A stretch of 64,000 nt of DNA from Octopus sinensis. Lineage: Eukaryota. Within the stretch, counting starts at the first letter, position 1; each line of letters begins with the position of its first letter. The stretch is from positions 121,272,001-121,336,000 of the forward strand of contig NC_042999.1 of the NCBI RefSeq assembly GCF_006345805.1, in the 5' to 3' direction. This document shows positions 27,087 to 41,598 of the stretch, piece after piece. The position numbers and the translations under genes were made by a program. The notes under the pieces were generated by a model. It did no database searches, was not told the origin of the DNA, and worked only from the letters and a program-made list of their open reading frames with translations.

Positions 27087-27295
27087 CTAATTGATTTCTC
27101 AACACGAACAGTAATCTTCTCAGTGAGTTCCTCCTCAATGCCAAACATTTTGGCTAAAGGCCCAATTTTGGCACAAAGAAGGGAGCTACGGTCGGGCTGA
27201 CGTAAATCAGGAAAGTGTCCCATTGGCTTATATCCTCTGCATGACAGTAACTGATCATTGGTATTCACACCTCGGTCCATTTCATATGTCACATC
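27087..27295 (-). CDS. Internal coding exon (209 nt, phase 0/2) of the same gene
   Basis: Acceptor CATTGACAG| and donor AG|GTAAGT. GC-richer island containing CpGs. Reads DVTYEMDRGVNTNDQLLSCRGYKPMGHFPDLRQPDRSSLLCAKIGPLAKMFGIEEELTEKITVRVEKSI(R), matching ORF 27083..27292. Confidence 0.88.
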
Positions 27296-27458
27296 CTGTC
27301 AATGATTAATAATTGAATGAAGGTTGAGTTTTAATGATTACATATGGCCTTTCATGAAATTTGCTAGATATGTAGTTTAAATAATTTTTACTTATTTTTA
27401 TGAGAGAAGAAAAAAACACTTCATAAGAGATGAATACACTCAAAATTTTAATAAATTA

Positions 27459-27673
27459 AGGTAGTGAGCTGGCAGATTTGTTAGCACACCAAGCAAAATT
27501 CTTCATGGTATTTCCTCCATTTTTACATTCAAAGTTTAAATTCTGCAGAAGTTGACACTGCCTTTTGTCATTTTGTATTTGATAAGACAAGTACCGACTG
27601 AGCAATGGGATCCATGTAATCGAATTCCCCAAACCTCAAAATTGCTGGCCTTGTGCCAAAATTTGAAACCAAT
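27459..27673 (+). mobile_element. tRNA-derived SINE
   Basis: Head GGTAGTGAGCTGGCAGA and degenerate B-box GTTTAAATTC. Body and tail (GCCTTTTGTCA...AAGTACC, GGCCTTGTGCCAAAATTTG) are shared with the copy at 47015. Confidence 0.7.
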
Positions 27674-28626
27674 AAATTAAGGAATTTATTTGCATTTATT
27701 TTCCATACTTCAACGTGAAGTAAAAGCAGTTTCAACAAAAATATAAGTTGGCAATTACAAAATTTACATTCGTGTAAACTGTAACTTGAAGATTATTTGA
27801 AAGCATATTGATAATTTTCATAAAATGTAAAACCTTTCCTGTAAATGAAGCTACCATACAGTCTACTGCATACCGTGTTTATTATTGAGGTGTCATTGCA
27901 GTGAAAATATATCTAAATACGTTTCTAAATATCCTTTTGATTAAAATTTTGATACAAAATTATTACAAAATAATAAGTCAAATATAAGAAACTTTTGAAT
28001 ATTTGCAAATGATAAACCACTAAAGAGAATTTTTTCTTCTACTGTAAAGCTACGTTTCAAGTCAGATATATTTGAATGGTATTGATCCTTATGTTACAAA
28101 CTCACCCACAGCCACCACCACCCAAAAAAAATTTTGGTTAATAAACGTCCATAACCATCTGAAAAAAAAAAAAAAAATGTATTCATATTTTAATGAAATT
28201 TCAGCATAAATTTCCTTAGTACATTCATGGAAACATGTGATTTCATTGTGTAAACAATTGAGTTCGACTTCCCAACATCATATTAAATGATATCTGAGCA
28301 CTAAATGTTTGGAGATTTTTTTTTTTTTTTACATGTTTGTCCACTTCTATTTCCTGAAATGTTTCACTGTGGACAAAAAGTGGGTACCAGTTTCATATTG
28401 CCAAGCAACAAGTTTGAATTGCAAGTATTTTCAAAAGACAACATGGAAAAATCTAAGAAAATATATAGCAAACACAAAAATCATGTGTGTGATTATAAAT
28501 TCAATATTTCTATTTCTGAAAGTGAAACAATTCTGACAAGAGTCCCAATAAGCAATAAAAAAACTGAATTTGCACCTGTTATAGAGTAAGAATTTAAATC
28601 TGTTTCTCTTGTTACTTTTAATGACT

Positions 28627-28628
<2 letters not shown>

Positions 28629-28693
<65 letters not shown>

Positions 28694-28741
28694 ATATATA
28701 TCTATATATATATATATATATATAATATATATCTATATATA

Positions 28742-28776
<35 letters not shown>

Positions 28777-28830
28777 ATATATATCTATATATATATATAT
28801 ATATTATATATATATATATTATATATATAT

Positions 28831-28863
<33 letters not shown>

Positions 28864-28875
28864 CTATCTACTATC

Positions 28876-28939
<64 letters not shown>

Positions 28940-29371
28940 ATATAATATATATATATATATTATATGATATATATATATATATATATCTATATATATATAT
29001 CTATATATCTATATATATATAATATATATAATATATAATATAATATATATCTTATATATCCTATATATATATATATAATATATATATATATATAGATATA
29101 TATATATCATATATATACATATTATATATATATATATATATATATACATATATACATATATATAACATATATATACATATATATCATATATATATACATT
29201 ATATATATATATATATATAATATATATACATATATAATATATAATATACATATAATATATATATTATATATATATATATATATGATATATATAATATATA
29301 TATATATATTAGATATAATATATTATATATAATATATATTATATAATCTATTATATAGATATAATATATAT

Positions 29372-29417
<46 letters not shown>

Positions 29418-29421
29418 ATAT

Positions 29422-29455
<34 letters not shown>

Positions 29456-29606
29456 ATATATCTATATATATCTATATATATATATATATCTATATATATA
29501 TATATATATCTATATATATATATATATATAATCTATATATATATATATATATATATCTATTATATATATCTATATATATCTATTATATAATATATATATA
29601 TATATA

Positions 29607-29650
<44 letters not shown>

Positions 29651-29740
29651 ATATAATCACTTCAAAGACTGAAGGAAAGTGAAAAAAAAAAATCTAATTG
29701 TGTTGTTTCCTTGGAAGACTGGTCAGGTTTATACATATAT

Positions 29741-29792
<52 letters not shown>

Positions 29793-30316
29793 ATATATAT
29801 ATATCTATATATATATATCTATATATATATATCTATATATATATATCTATATCTATATATATTTATATATCTATATATAATATAATATATATATCTATAT
29901 ATATATATATATATCTATTATTATATATAATTTATATATCTATATATATATTATATAATATCTATATATATATATATATATATATCTATATATATATATC
30001 TATATATATATCTATATATATATATCTATATATATATATCTATATATATATATCTATATTATATATTATATATCTATATATATCTATATATATATCTATA
30101 TATATATAAGATATATATATATACTATATATAGATATATATATAATATATATAGATATATAATATATATATATATAATTATATATATATAATATATATAT
30201 AGAATATATATATATAGATATATATATATAGATAGATATATATATAGATTATATATATATATAGATATATATATATAGATATATATATATATATAGATAT
30301 ATATATATATATTAGA

Positions 30317-30383
<67 letters not shown>

Positions 30384-30385
30384 GT
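28629..30385. repeat. ~1.75-kb degenerate (TA)n array interrupted by an inverted duplication
   Basis: Almost pure TA with TATC/GATA variants. Unique ~85-bp insert at 29654-29740. Confidence 0.95.
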
Positions 30386-32049
30386 ATAAACCTGACCAGT
30401 CTTTCCAAGGAAACAACACAATTAGATTTTTTTTTTTTTTTTTTTTTCCTTCAGTCTTTGAAGTGATTACTGAGCAAACAAACCATTAAACATAAGCAAA
30501 GAAGAAAAACAGATAGTTTGATATTTCCCGAATGCATGAAAGTAAGAAATTTGAGAATGTTTAAGGATATTATGTGCATGTATGTGAGTATATATATCTT
30601 TTACTCATTTCAGTCATTAGACTGCAGCCATGCTGAGACACTGCCTTGAAAAATTTTTAGTTGAATGAATCCATCACAGTACTTGCATATTTTTAAAACC
30701 TGTTACTTATCCAGTCCATGTACATGGCACACCTGTTTAATGTGCATTAAGTTTGACTGAGAGATAATTCAGTAACTTGTACAATTCTTCTATATTAAAA
30801 TCTTATTTGATATTCATTGAATAACTCATTCCCCGTGCTGATGTTTAAACAAAATCTAAATGATTTTATATTTTGTTGCATTTACTATTATTAATTAAAT
30901 ATACTTTGAGACAAAAATTATGAGATAAATTTGGATAAGAACCTTTTGGTAAATTGTGTTTTGAAATTCACATTAATATGTTAATAAAAATGTTAGAATT
31001 GTTTTTATGAAACCAGTAAAAATTCATGATTATTCTAGAATTTAATCGAAACACATATGGGGTGCATTTTCGTTAGGAGATTAGTAATGACATGGTTATC
31101 ATGCACTTTTTTGCTTATGACCCTTAATTGTGAAATTGCATGAGAATTATTTTACAACAAAACAATCATCATGATAACACAGATGACAAGGATGAATCCA
31201 TGAATAGAGATAATATATTCAAGTATAATGCTTAAACACTCAGCTCAATATTCCAGTTTTGCAAAGAGTCTGGTAGTTTTTAAATAATTACCTCTTACAC
31301 TTACATGTTTATCAAATTATTTAACACAGATAAGATAAGTAAATGATTTTTCTAATAATGAGATCTATAAGTAAAAACAGTTCAATACACATCTTTTTCC
31401 AAACATTCTAAAAACAATACTTCAAGTAATTTCATAGAAAATAAAATTCTCAAATCTAAAGAAATATTTAGCTTTATAGTTAATTTAAAATATTTAAGAA
31501 ATCTGTGTTTTTTTGCAGTTTCAAGAACTCATATAACTTAATTATTATTTTCAAATTCTCCAACTGAAGGAAACAAATTATCTTTTCAAGATAACAGAAA
31601 ATGCTAAAACTAATATAACATGAATATTTACAGCTGAAATAATAGAAAGAATATACGCAAGCTCCTCAGATACCAAAACATTATTACTGGAATAAGTTCT
31701 AGGTTCAAATCATTGTGTAATAGCAAAGTTCAGGGTGGTGTATTGATGAAATTGTAAACACAAATGGGATGCCTAGTAGCATCTATTATGTTTTTTGCAT
31801 TCTATTGAGAACCATTATAATGACACTGATACCAAGCAGTATCAGCATTTGCTTTTCCAGGTGAAACATTAGTGGTGTTGATATGTGAGATACTTGCATG
31901 TATAAGCAACTACTGTCTTTCATTGAAAAACAGGTTTTTCCAAGCTTGATCGAAAAGGTACAGATCCATAGTCTAATGGTATGTACAGAGATGCCAGATA
32001 ATGTTACACAGAAATTCTGATTAACTATAATCATTTCAGATTAAGTATG

Positions 32050-32540
32050 TTTAAATTTACATGGCTGTTGACCCATCTTTATCTTTCATGTTATGTGATA
32101 GCCATTCCCAGTGACTTCAATGTCATTTGTCAATTGATCTAAGTGTGTCTTTGAAAGGCAACAAATGTGATTATGTCAAGGTATCTAGAGAAGGATAACC
32201 CAAACTAGCTTTTCCTCACTTCTCCAGCAGCATCAAGCAAAGCAGCAAATTCTTCTGTCTTTAATAGTGTTTGATAGTTCTGGATGCTTACTGTACATTT
32301 TATTGTATTTATTCATTTTTTTTTTTGATAGACTGGTCTTTCCAGGATACATTCAAAGCATCATAAGGCATGGGTGTTGTCCATCATAGTTTCAAACCTT
32401 CTGGTTAATACCTAAGTAAAGTTGCCATAAACTAACAGATTCAACCACTGCACAGAAGTTTCTTTTCAGATTCTCTGAGATTTTAGATTTCAATATTCTG
32501 AAACTTTTAAGAGCTGCTCCAATTTTTCTGCCTCTGTAAA
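32050..32540 (-). mobile_element. Highly decayed RTE-like LINE 3' remnant
   Basis: Reverse-strand fragments LNVSWKD and GYPSLRYLDII resemble the RTE ORF2 C-terminal motifs ISWxD and GRPxLRY. Confidence 0.4.
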
Positions 32541-35500
32541 TTCATTGCTCCTGAACCATGTGAAATAATTTACTAGTTTTACTTATCTTCTCAAGTAAGG
32601 TATTTTCTAACAATTTATAAATAGTAACTACCTTGTGATATTTAAATATCTAACATATACCAAATCTATTGAAAATAATATTTTTTTTAAACATCACAGA
32701 GTTACTTTCTTTTTATTTCTAACTTCTGAAAATCTGGTTTTCATCATTAATTGCATTTAGTCTCAAGCTGATCCCATCTACACTGTTCATCAAGCAAATT
32801 TTTACTGCTTAACTTGAAACACACTGTAAAATATACACTCTTCAACAGGTTTTGTGTTTTTTGACTTCCAACAGTTTAAATAGTCAGTCAGTTCTCATTT
32901 CATTTAAAAATTAAAAGAAAATTCCAACACTCATCAGGCAGCTTCTACTAATCAATTCCTGCAAAGTAAAATATTCCCATCACATGCCTACAGCAGAATT
33001 TCAAATGGTTAAAACATAATTCCATTTAAAGAACAAAGATTTTGTGTTTTAAAACACTAATTCCACATAACAGCTTTGAAATCACTTAAGAAAATTAGAT
33101 TAAATTTAGAATTAAAGCAACATTTCTTTGGAATTTCAGAAATAAGACATCTTACAAAACATTTATTTTTTCTAAACTGATTACAAAATTTAATTGGTTG
33201 TAAGGTTAAGCTTTTGGCCTACTGGCCAATGCTAAGTGTCCAAATCTTTCTACAGCTATTGTACTAATAGTTAGACATGATATGTGACACTCTCCAAGCA
33301 AAGCTCATTATCATTCAAATACTAATCTTATATCATAGTGAGAGAGTTAACAAGAAGTAATAGTTTTTTTCTAATAAAATGTTCAATATTGCAAAAATCA
33401 TTTAATCTGAAAAAAGAAAACATCCAGCTAGCTTAGAACAATAGGCATAAGAGTGAAAAATGTTAAAAAACACCCATGTTCCTTTATCATTTTAGTTTAT
33501 AGAACATTGGCTACAAGAAACAAGTTTTCCTTCTAATAAAACACATGAATATAAACTGGAAGCATAATGAAAAATACAAATATTTGAGTCTTACATTGCT
33601 ACAATTACAGTTTGAAAAATTTCTGTTTCCTCATATTTTACCAGCATGCATTTCTCTATTTGTTGTATAAACATTTTTAGTAGAAAAAGATTATCGTTCA
33701 AATCCCCTCTTTCATTTTTGTTTTTAAAAAAAGAAGATACATTTGATAATGTAGTTTTATATACTATGATAATTGTACTATGAAAATTACCTGATATACT
33801 TGATATATTCAAGGTTGATATTTGTGCCATTGATCCTATGGCTATTGTTTCAGAACTGGCCAAGGAATTCAGCAACAATGCATTATTAAATTTTCTTTTT
33901 AACATTTTCATATTGAGATATCTAAATATTTAATGCTACTGAAGTAGAGCAGTAACAATTGAATATTTATACTATTTGGTGGCTATATTTCTGAAATAAT
34001 TTAAGGCATATTTTAAGAATAAACATAAGTTTATATTGAATTCTGACTGATTTTATTATTCTATATGCAATTTTAATAGAAAATTGCAGTATTGAAGATA
34101 ATCAGGTGAAAATGTTTTCACTAGAAAATGTAAGTAGTTTATGAATGTATAGGAAAATAATTTGATACAAAATCTATCTTCAAATTATTGAACTGGAGTA
34201 TTGGAATTTTAAGATATGAATATCAATTTATGTTTTATCATGATATATGGTGGCATCTTTTCTCAAGGTAAAATAACGACTTTATGATAAAAGTTAATAA
34301 AGGGATTTAGTTTATCTTTATTTTTCCTGATATAGTATGAGAGAAAAGTCCAAAGAACAATAGGAAACCAATATCAATGTTATTGATCTTTGATTTAAAT
34401 TGTCAAAAAATGGAAGCTATAGCAAAATACAGTGAAGAAAAATACAGACATTTCTATAATTATCGTATTGAAAAATTTATTTCACTTAAATAGCAGGATT
34501 TTGGATGGGATAATAGAAGAAAACTTTGATAGTCTCCCACTCCCAACATTCATAGATGCAAAATAGCTAACAAAAAGAAGAAATTACACCTGAAAAATAT
34601 AACAGCTTGAGTTTTCAATTAACCTTTGCGTTAAAAATCTTTTTGGGAGTGTAACTCAATATTATTTTGATATGATGTTCTATAATTAATTATGAATCCT
34701 TTAAACTAAGTAGAACATCAAGTATAGTAAAATTGAATGTGTATTAGATTACTAAATTTATCTCAATCTATTCATAAAGTCTATAACATTTCATGTTATC
34801 AGCCTCCAGATTGAAAAATGCATAAGTAAACACAAATATAGAAATTGCTTCCTATGAAAATGCATTTTCCTAAATATCAAATTATTTGTTCCTTTGAAAT
34901 ACAAAACAAAAAGTGAGAGATGACAGGTCATTAAATAAAATATATGACAAGCAATTGATTTGTTCATACATATATTCCTTGTACACAATTCTGCCTTTGT
35001 TCCAACAAGTGATGCAGTTAAAATAAATAGTATAGTCAAATGTGTTCAGAGCCTTAACTAATGTTTTCAATCATTTACTTTCCTTAAGAACAAACACAAA
35101 TATTTTAAATAACTAATTCTAAACTTTAAGTAATAACTTAAAAATCTTAAGTTATGATTACAAATATCCAAATCCATTCAAAAAGTTAGTTAAAAGGCTA
35201 GAATCTAATTAGGAAGTCTGTGTTGACTGTATGCACAATATATTGATTATAAGCGATGCAATAACAGAATAATTACAATAATTGCTCCGAGGGATAGAAA
35301 GATAAACTTAAGAAAGAATGAGATAAATAATCAATACGAAATTTTGCATGCTAAAAAAAAAAAGTTTTTATTCTTTTGTATTAAAGTACAGTGTACCAAC
35401 AATGTAAAAGTCAATCTAAAATGAATCATATTAATAATGCAAGAAACAACTTTTCTTGATACATTTGAATCAATAAATAAAGAAATCTAATTGTGCTATA

Positions 35501-37229
35501 TCTTGTAGTAAACGCTTTTTATTTGGCATGATGCCCAAAATATTTCAAACAAGTATAGTTGTTTACATGAATACTCATGCTAAATAAACATTTTTCGGTA
35601 ATCTAGAATATTAATGTTTAGTGATTTCAATTTGAACATTGTAAACAAAATAGAAAAATAGAATAATTCATATTGTATTGTTTCACATGTCTTATCATTT
35701 TCCCCTCTTTTACTGACTTCCATCTATCAGAATTATTCCTTTTTACTTAGGGTTAGGGTGTACAAAAAATACTTTTTCTTTATTGTTCATTGTAAAGCAT
35801 GAACTGAAAAAGTGAATCCAGTTAAAGTTTAGTATTCTGCATTATATTTATGGAAAAGATTTCTTTCCTCCGATTATCAATATAAAACTTCAATGTAAAC
35901 TGCATAGTGAAGGTTAAAAAAAGAAAAAAATAATAATCTAAACAAGTATTTTATTGTAGTTTACATTTTTCTATCAACTGTAAATGCACATTCTGATATC
36001 TTTATATCTATTCAGGAATGATCACTTACTAAGCAAAAGCTCATCATTTTGAATAAACTGATGAAAATTATTGAATGCATAATATCATTTTTCCATATTC
36101 AATGACCAGATGGAACAAAGAAATATTTAATCCACATGTATGACACTATCACTAGATCAAGATTATTATAAAATTCTATCATAATTCTTAAAAATCAATT
36201 AATGCTATCTACCCTGGATATTATAAAAAAAGTTTTCAGTTACTCTGGACTATGATTTCACACCTACATTCTTCTAATTCAAAATTATTTTATGGCTTAC
36301 TCTGAATAGGAAAGACAGTTCTCATGACCACTTTTGCAGGTCTTGCAAGACTGGTTGTGGAAAGGATAAAAGAAACACAACTCATGGGCTGCTGCAGTGA
36401 AAAGCAGCTCATCAAGATATTGAGCTTTCCAAAGACAAGAGACTTGTTTGAATGCTTGCAATTGAATGGGCTTTGTTAATGGTGCCCATTAGTTAGTGGT
36501 GGATTAAACCAAGCAACAAACTGAGTCTACCAACCAAAAAATTTTAAAGTCATTCAACAGGCTTCTATACAGTTTCCATCTGGTCAATTTCACTCATAAA
36601 CTTATGGCAACCTAAAGCAATTGTAACTTTCTTAAAGTGTTAAATAGTGGAATGGAGCCCAATAACACTGATTGTGAAGCAAACTTCTCATATTGTCTCT
36701 ATTGTTCTCCAAACTACTCCATCCCCAAAAGGGACTGCAGAGTTTGGAGAGTAACAGCAAGGGTTGAAGAACAACTGTGAACATTTGGTGTGGTGTAATT
36801 ATTTTTGATCCTGCATTTAGGGCATGTTCTCACTATACCACACTCTAACTTCAATATGCATCATTTCTTTTGACCTTACACTCTTTCTGTACTGACACTG
36901 AATCATTTGCACTTCTAAACTCTGAGTATTCTCACCCATATCCATAACTAATACACTAAAATTCTACAATCTCTTTCCCAACTCAATTTTTGCTTAGCCA
37001 TTATTGTTATTGTAGTCATCAAACAACTGCCTAATCAAATCAAAACAACTCACATCTTTCAATATAGAATTATTAAAAGAATACTTTTTACAATCCTTAG
37101 TAATCATAATTATTTTTAAAAATTCAGTCTCTGCATCACTAGGGTTCTGCCAGAAAGATCAAATATTAGCTTACTTGTTGGCTATCCATAAAGTATTGGG
37201 TATATTTCAAAAACTTCATTCTTACTAAT

Positions 37230-38480
37230 AAAAATCAATTGATATCTTATTATTTGACAAATATGAACTTTCCAGGGTCAATGAGCAATAACAAGTAGAA
37301 ATAATATAACACCAACCTCTACTATTTTGGTCTTACACCTTTGGACATCTGAGAACTATCAAACATCATAGTCAATAACACCCACTTCCAATACAATGGT
37401 GAAGTGTACAAAGAGATCTCAGGTCTACTGGTCATCTCATACATGTACCAACTGGAATGCATGGTGCTTAACACCTGCCATACATGTGTCTCTTTCTCAA
37501 GATATATCTCCAATATCTTGATGCTCACCTCTTGGGAGGAGGCAGTCAACATACATCACAGATTCAGCAATGTCAACAACCATATCAAATTTGAACTAAA
37601 ATACCCAGATGAGATAGGTACCCACTTTCTGCAGAATTTCCAAATCAAGATCACAGATTTTTACAGAAAAGCAACCACTAGGAACCTGTTCATATACTAT
37701 GAGTCAGCCCTGTCTACCAGAGCCAAAGCCACTCACATATGAAATGAAATCACACACATAAGTGACAAATGCACTGACACAACTAATAAAACTATCAACA
37801 CCAAACAGTTCCTCAAGAACTTTGCACACAATGGCTATCCACCAATCTATAATCTCAAGTCTGAAATTTAATTCCTTAAACTGCCCTACTTTGGTAAAAG
37901 AACAACTGAAGCTATACAACACGTGATTTGCAAGGAGAGACCCAACAGCCCTAACCCGTCCATTCCTGAGGAAATTTCTGTGGAGGAATAATACCACAAA
38001 TAGCATTGTCAGACGCACACTATCCAATTGCCCAGTCAAGAGCTTCAAAATATGCATAAGGGCCTATGTGGTATATGAAATAATCTGTGGTAAATGTAGG
38101 GCATCCTACACAGGAAGCACCCAAGAAATTGCACGTTCAAATAAAAGAACATATGTACATATGTATACAGAACATATGTGTACAGATACTTTAATAAAAA
38201 CACATCTAAAGTAGTGCCAAACCTAAGATTTTAAAGCATCCACCAAGGCCACTCAACGCAACAAAGGTAATCTCAGATCATGGAGGCTCTTCTTATGAAC
38301 AAATTGAGACCAGCCATGAACAAGAAAAACTAGATGAAACACAATGGTTGCTATAGCAACACCAGTGTGCACATGTCACAATCCTCCTTGCTCACCCACA
38401 CATTTGAGCAACAACTTTTCCATCTTTTAGTTTTTCAACTGTCTTGAAGAAGTGATTATATCCCCAAAATATTGAAACAA
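37230..38480 (+). mobile_element. Decayed Penelope-like element (RT + GIY-YIG endonuclease)
   Basis: VNNTHFQYNGEVYKEISGL, NNHIKFELKYPDE and FYRKATTRNLFIYYES (RT C-terminal half). VVYEIICGKCRASYTGST from 38068 fits GIY-YIG. Confidence 0.85.
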
Positions 38481-38842
38481 AAGAGAAACTGTAACTTTCT
38501 TATGTTCCTTTTTCTTTTTCTTTTGTAATTCACTTTGTACCTTTCTTACATTGTTCTGGCCTTATGCAATAAATCTCTTAAAAGTAATACCACACAATGC
38601 TTCACCATTTTATATATATACATACATATACACACACGCTAATATTCATGTATGTGTGTGTGTATATATATAGCTTAGTAGAGTTAGCAGTTGGAATAAC
38701 TGTCTAAGGGATAAGAATATCTTTTTACTACTAGTATAAATTACCTATGTTAACCCTGGGTATGGATATACAAGCATACTCTGCTCATAGGATACAGGCA
38801 ATAACAAAATAAACAAGAGTTTATCAGAAATCAAATTTAAAT

Positions 38843-38993
38843 TAAGCAGAAAATGGAGAAAATTCTTGATCAACAAATTGACTATCATCAGTTATTATCA
38901 TTATTCTTTTTGTTAAAGTTTTGTATTAAAAAAATAATAACCAATGGAAGTTAATCTGTTTGTTGATCAAGAATTTTCTCCATTTTCTGCTTA
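38843..38993. repeat. Hairpin with perfect 35-bp inverted arms
   Basis: TAAGCAGAAAATGGAGAAAATTCTTGATCAACAAA (38843-38877) is the exact reverse complement of 38959-38993. Confidence 0.9.
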
Positions 38994-38995
38994 GT

Positions 38996-39033
<38 letters not shown>

Positions 39034-41598
39034 TGTATATGTCTGTATGAATGCGTCTGTGATACATACATCTTTTTCCACATGAAAAAATTATACATTC
39101 AATACTTTGAACATAGTTAGAAACTTAGGAAAAGACTTCATATTAAAACAAAATATTCATAAAGACCAAAAATAAATAAATAAATATATCTCATTAAGAG
39201 ACATTTTCAATTTCAATTAAAAATGGACTTCTGCTAAATACTCCAGTAATCATAATCTTGTATGCTGCATCCTAACTGAAATGCAAGCATTACTTGGGTG
39301 CTTGAACTAGTGTATTGCCTGCATGATAGTGACATATAATCAACACCTGACCAACACATTAATCATTTTTTACTTAGTTTCAAATTTATAATTCTATGCT
39401 GTATGCATTGGATGGCAGGTTCAACTAATTAAACTTGTTTTGCACAACCAGTGACATGTATTTAAGTTTTAGCTCATTAAACGTTTTGCTGTTTCCATTT
39501 TCTAGTATTTGACCTCTAAACAATGAGTATGTAGCACAGTAATAACATAAAAACAAATTATATATATATATATATATATATATCACTCACTTATTCACTG
39601 TTAAACATTTTTCCTTATTATTTTTAACATATGTAAATCAACTGTTTAGTTTTCTAATTATTAATTGATTTCTAATAAATAACCTTTTAAATAGGCATTT
39701 GAATTAGATTTACTTATATTTAGATTAGTACTATATAATCCACAACCAAAATCAATTTTTATAAACTGTTCCAATCATTTTCCTTTTCACTATTAATAAC
39801 TAAACATCTACAACATTGATTTGTTTATTTCATTCACCCTTCAGTCTTGCACCATACTTCAATGAGTTCCTATGTTAGTTCTCTTTGCTAAATAGTTATA
39901 TTTAACAGCCATTTCAAACTGGTTGGATGGACCAACAATTCAGACATTGTTGCAAAAGCACTTAAACAGAAAAGTTTGTAGCTCTTACTGTAGGCAAGGG
40001 AGCAGCCCTGGTGACTGCTTCACTAAAAATTCAGTTACAAAGATAAATCCTTAAGAATAATCTGTAAATATAATTCCTTAAGTATGGCATGCTTATACTC
40101 AGTCTACGAATACAATTTAGACTTTAATCATATAGTGATAGGTAGCACAGAATGCTGAACTTAAACAAGGTATGTGTATTCATTTTGTTTTTACTTGATC
40201 AAAAGATTTGAATGCAGTAGAAACAGAAAAAGAGGCTCAATTTGTTCTTCATAAGAGAGGATAGGTATTCTAATACAGTATTTAGTGTTGCTGAAGTAAA
40301 TAATCTTTAGTCAGCATTTAATATTTGACAAAAGGTGTTGTAATTGTGTTTCTAGATATTCATAGTTATTGCACAGTTGTTCATTGTGTTATGTGGATTG
40401 AAGCAAACTGCAACTTCAGTTATTCTTACCATATGTCTAAATGGTTTTTTTTTACCTAAATTATATTTATTTTGATATTTACTTAGAGTATTTACTTACA
40501 GAGCATTATTAGAACCAAGATAATGTTATTTTGAATGATTATTGCATCACAAAAGTTTGAAGCAGAAGCTTAGGAGAGCTAGATAGAGTTAATAAAATGA
40601 ACAGTAACTTAAATCTATCCCTAATACATTTGGAAAAAAAAACTGACATTCTACCTTAAATGATAATCCTAGATGATGTAAACATTTACAATAACTCCTC
40701 AGTGCAAATTCATTTCCATCCACTATCTCTATAATATTAAAATTACTTTTATTTCTTTTGATATTTAAGTCAACTATGAGAAAAATTTAATCATTAAAGG
40801 AAAATACAGACTTTGAACAAATTAATGTAGAAGCAGGATATAATAGGAGACATTTTCTTTTCTACATCACTTGGTCAAAAGAAGAGTGGCACATTTTTCA
40901 AAACTTACTTAAATGTGCTAAAGTCCCCCAATGGCTAAATAGTGGTGCTAAAATGAATGACTGAATAAGTTTACCACCCAGGAACAGTAAAAGTACTTCC
41001 AATGAACTACCACATCATTTTTGCTTTTCATATTTACCCCCCACGAAATTTTGGTTAACCAAAACTATGGTAAAAGATGCTTGCTCAAGGCACAGCACAA
41101 TAAGATTGAACCTGAAGCAACATAATTACAAAGCAAACTTCTTAACCACACCACTATGCCCAAACACCATTTGCTTTATTGGGATTTAATGATAGCAAAA
41201 GGATTACAAGAAAATGGCTAAGTAAAATGGCAAGTAGGTCACAGCAAGGGAAATTGTAAAGCTGAAAATAACTAACAAATTCAAAAACATGCTTGATTAA
41301 TAGTGTTGCAAACTATGAAGTTAGAGCAATGAAGCTATGGAATTCAAGATAATGAAACTCGGTTGTATTTCAAATTAAAGTAATTGTAATTAGAGAAAAC
41401 ATTCAACCATAAAACAAATATTATATAAACAAGAAAAAGAGTAATCAATCTAATTACACAAAACAGCCCAACTTTAGTATTCATCATATAAAATGTTAAC
41501 TGTAAAGAATTGCATTTTCAATATCTGTCTATAAAAAATAACCATGTAGCAAGAAACAGAATTAGTAAATGAAGTAAATATGTCTTCACTTAACTTAC

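Noticed and set aside
39909-40054. Plus-strand acceptor followed by about 48 open codons (ISNWLDGPTIQ...)
   Set aside because: Isolated and antisense to the host gene, with no supporting exons. Compatible with chance.
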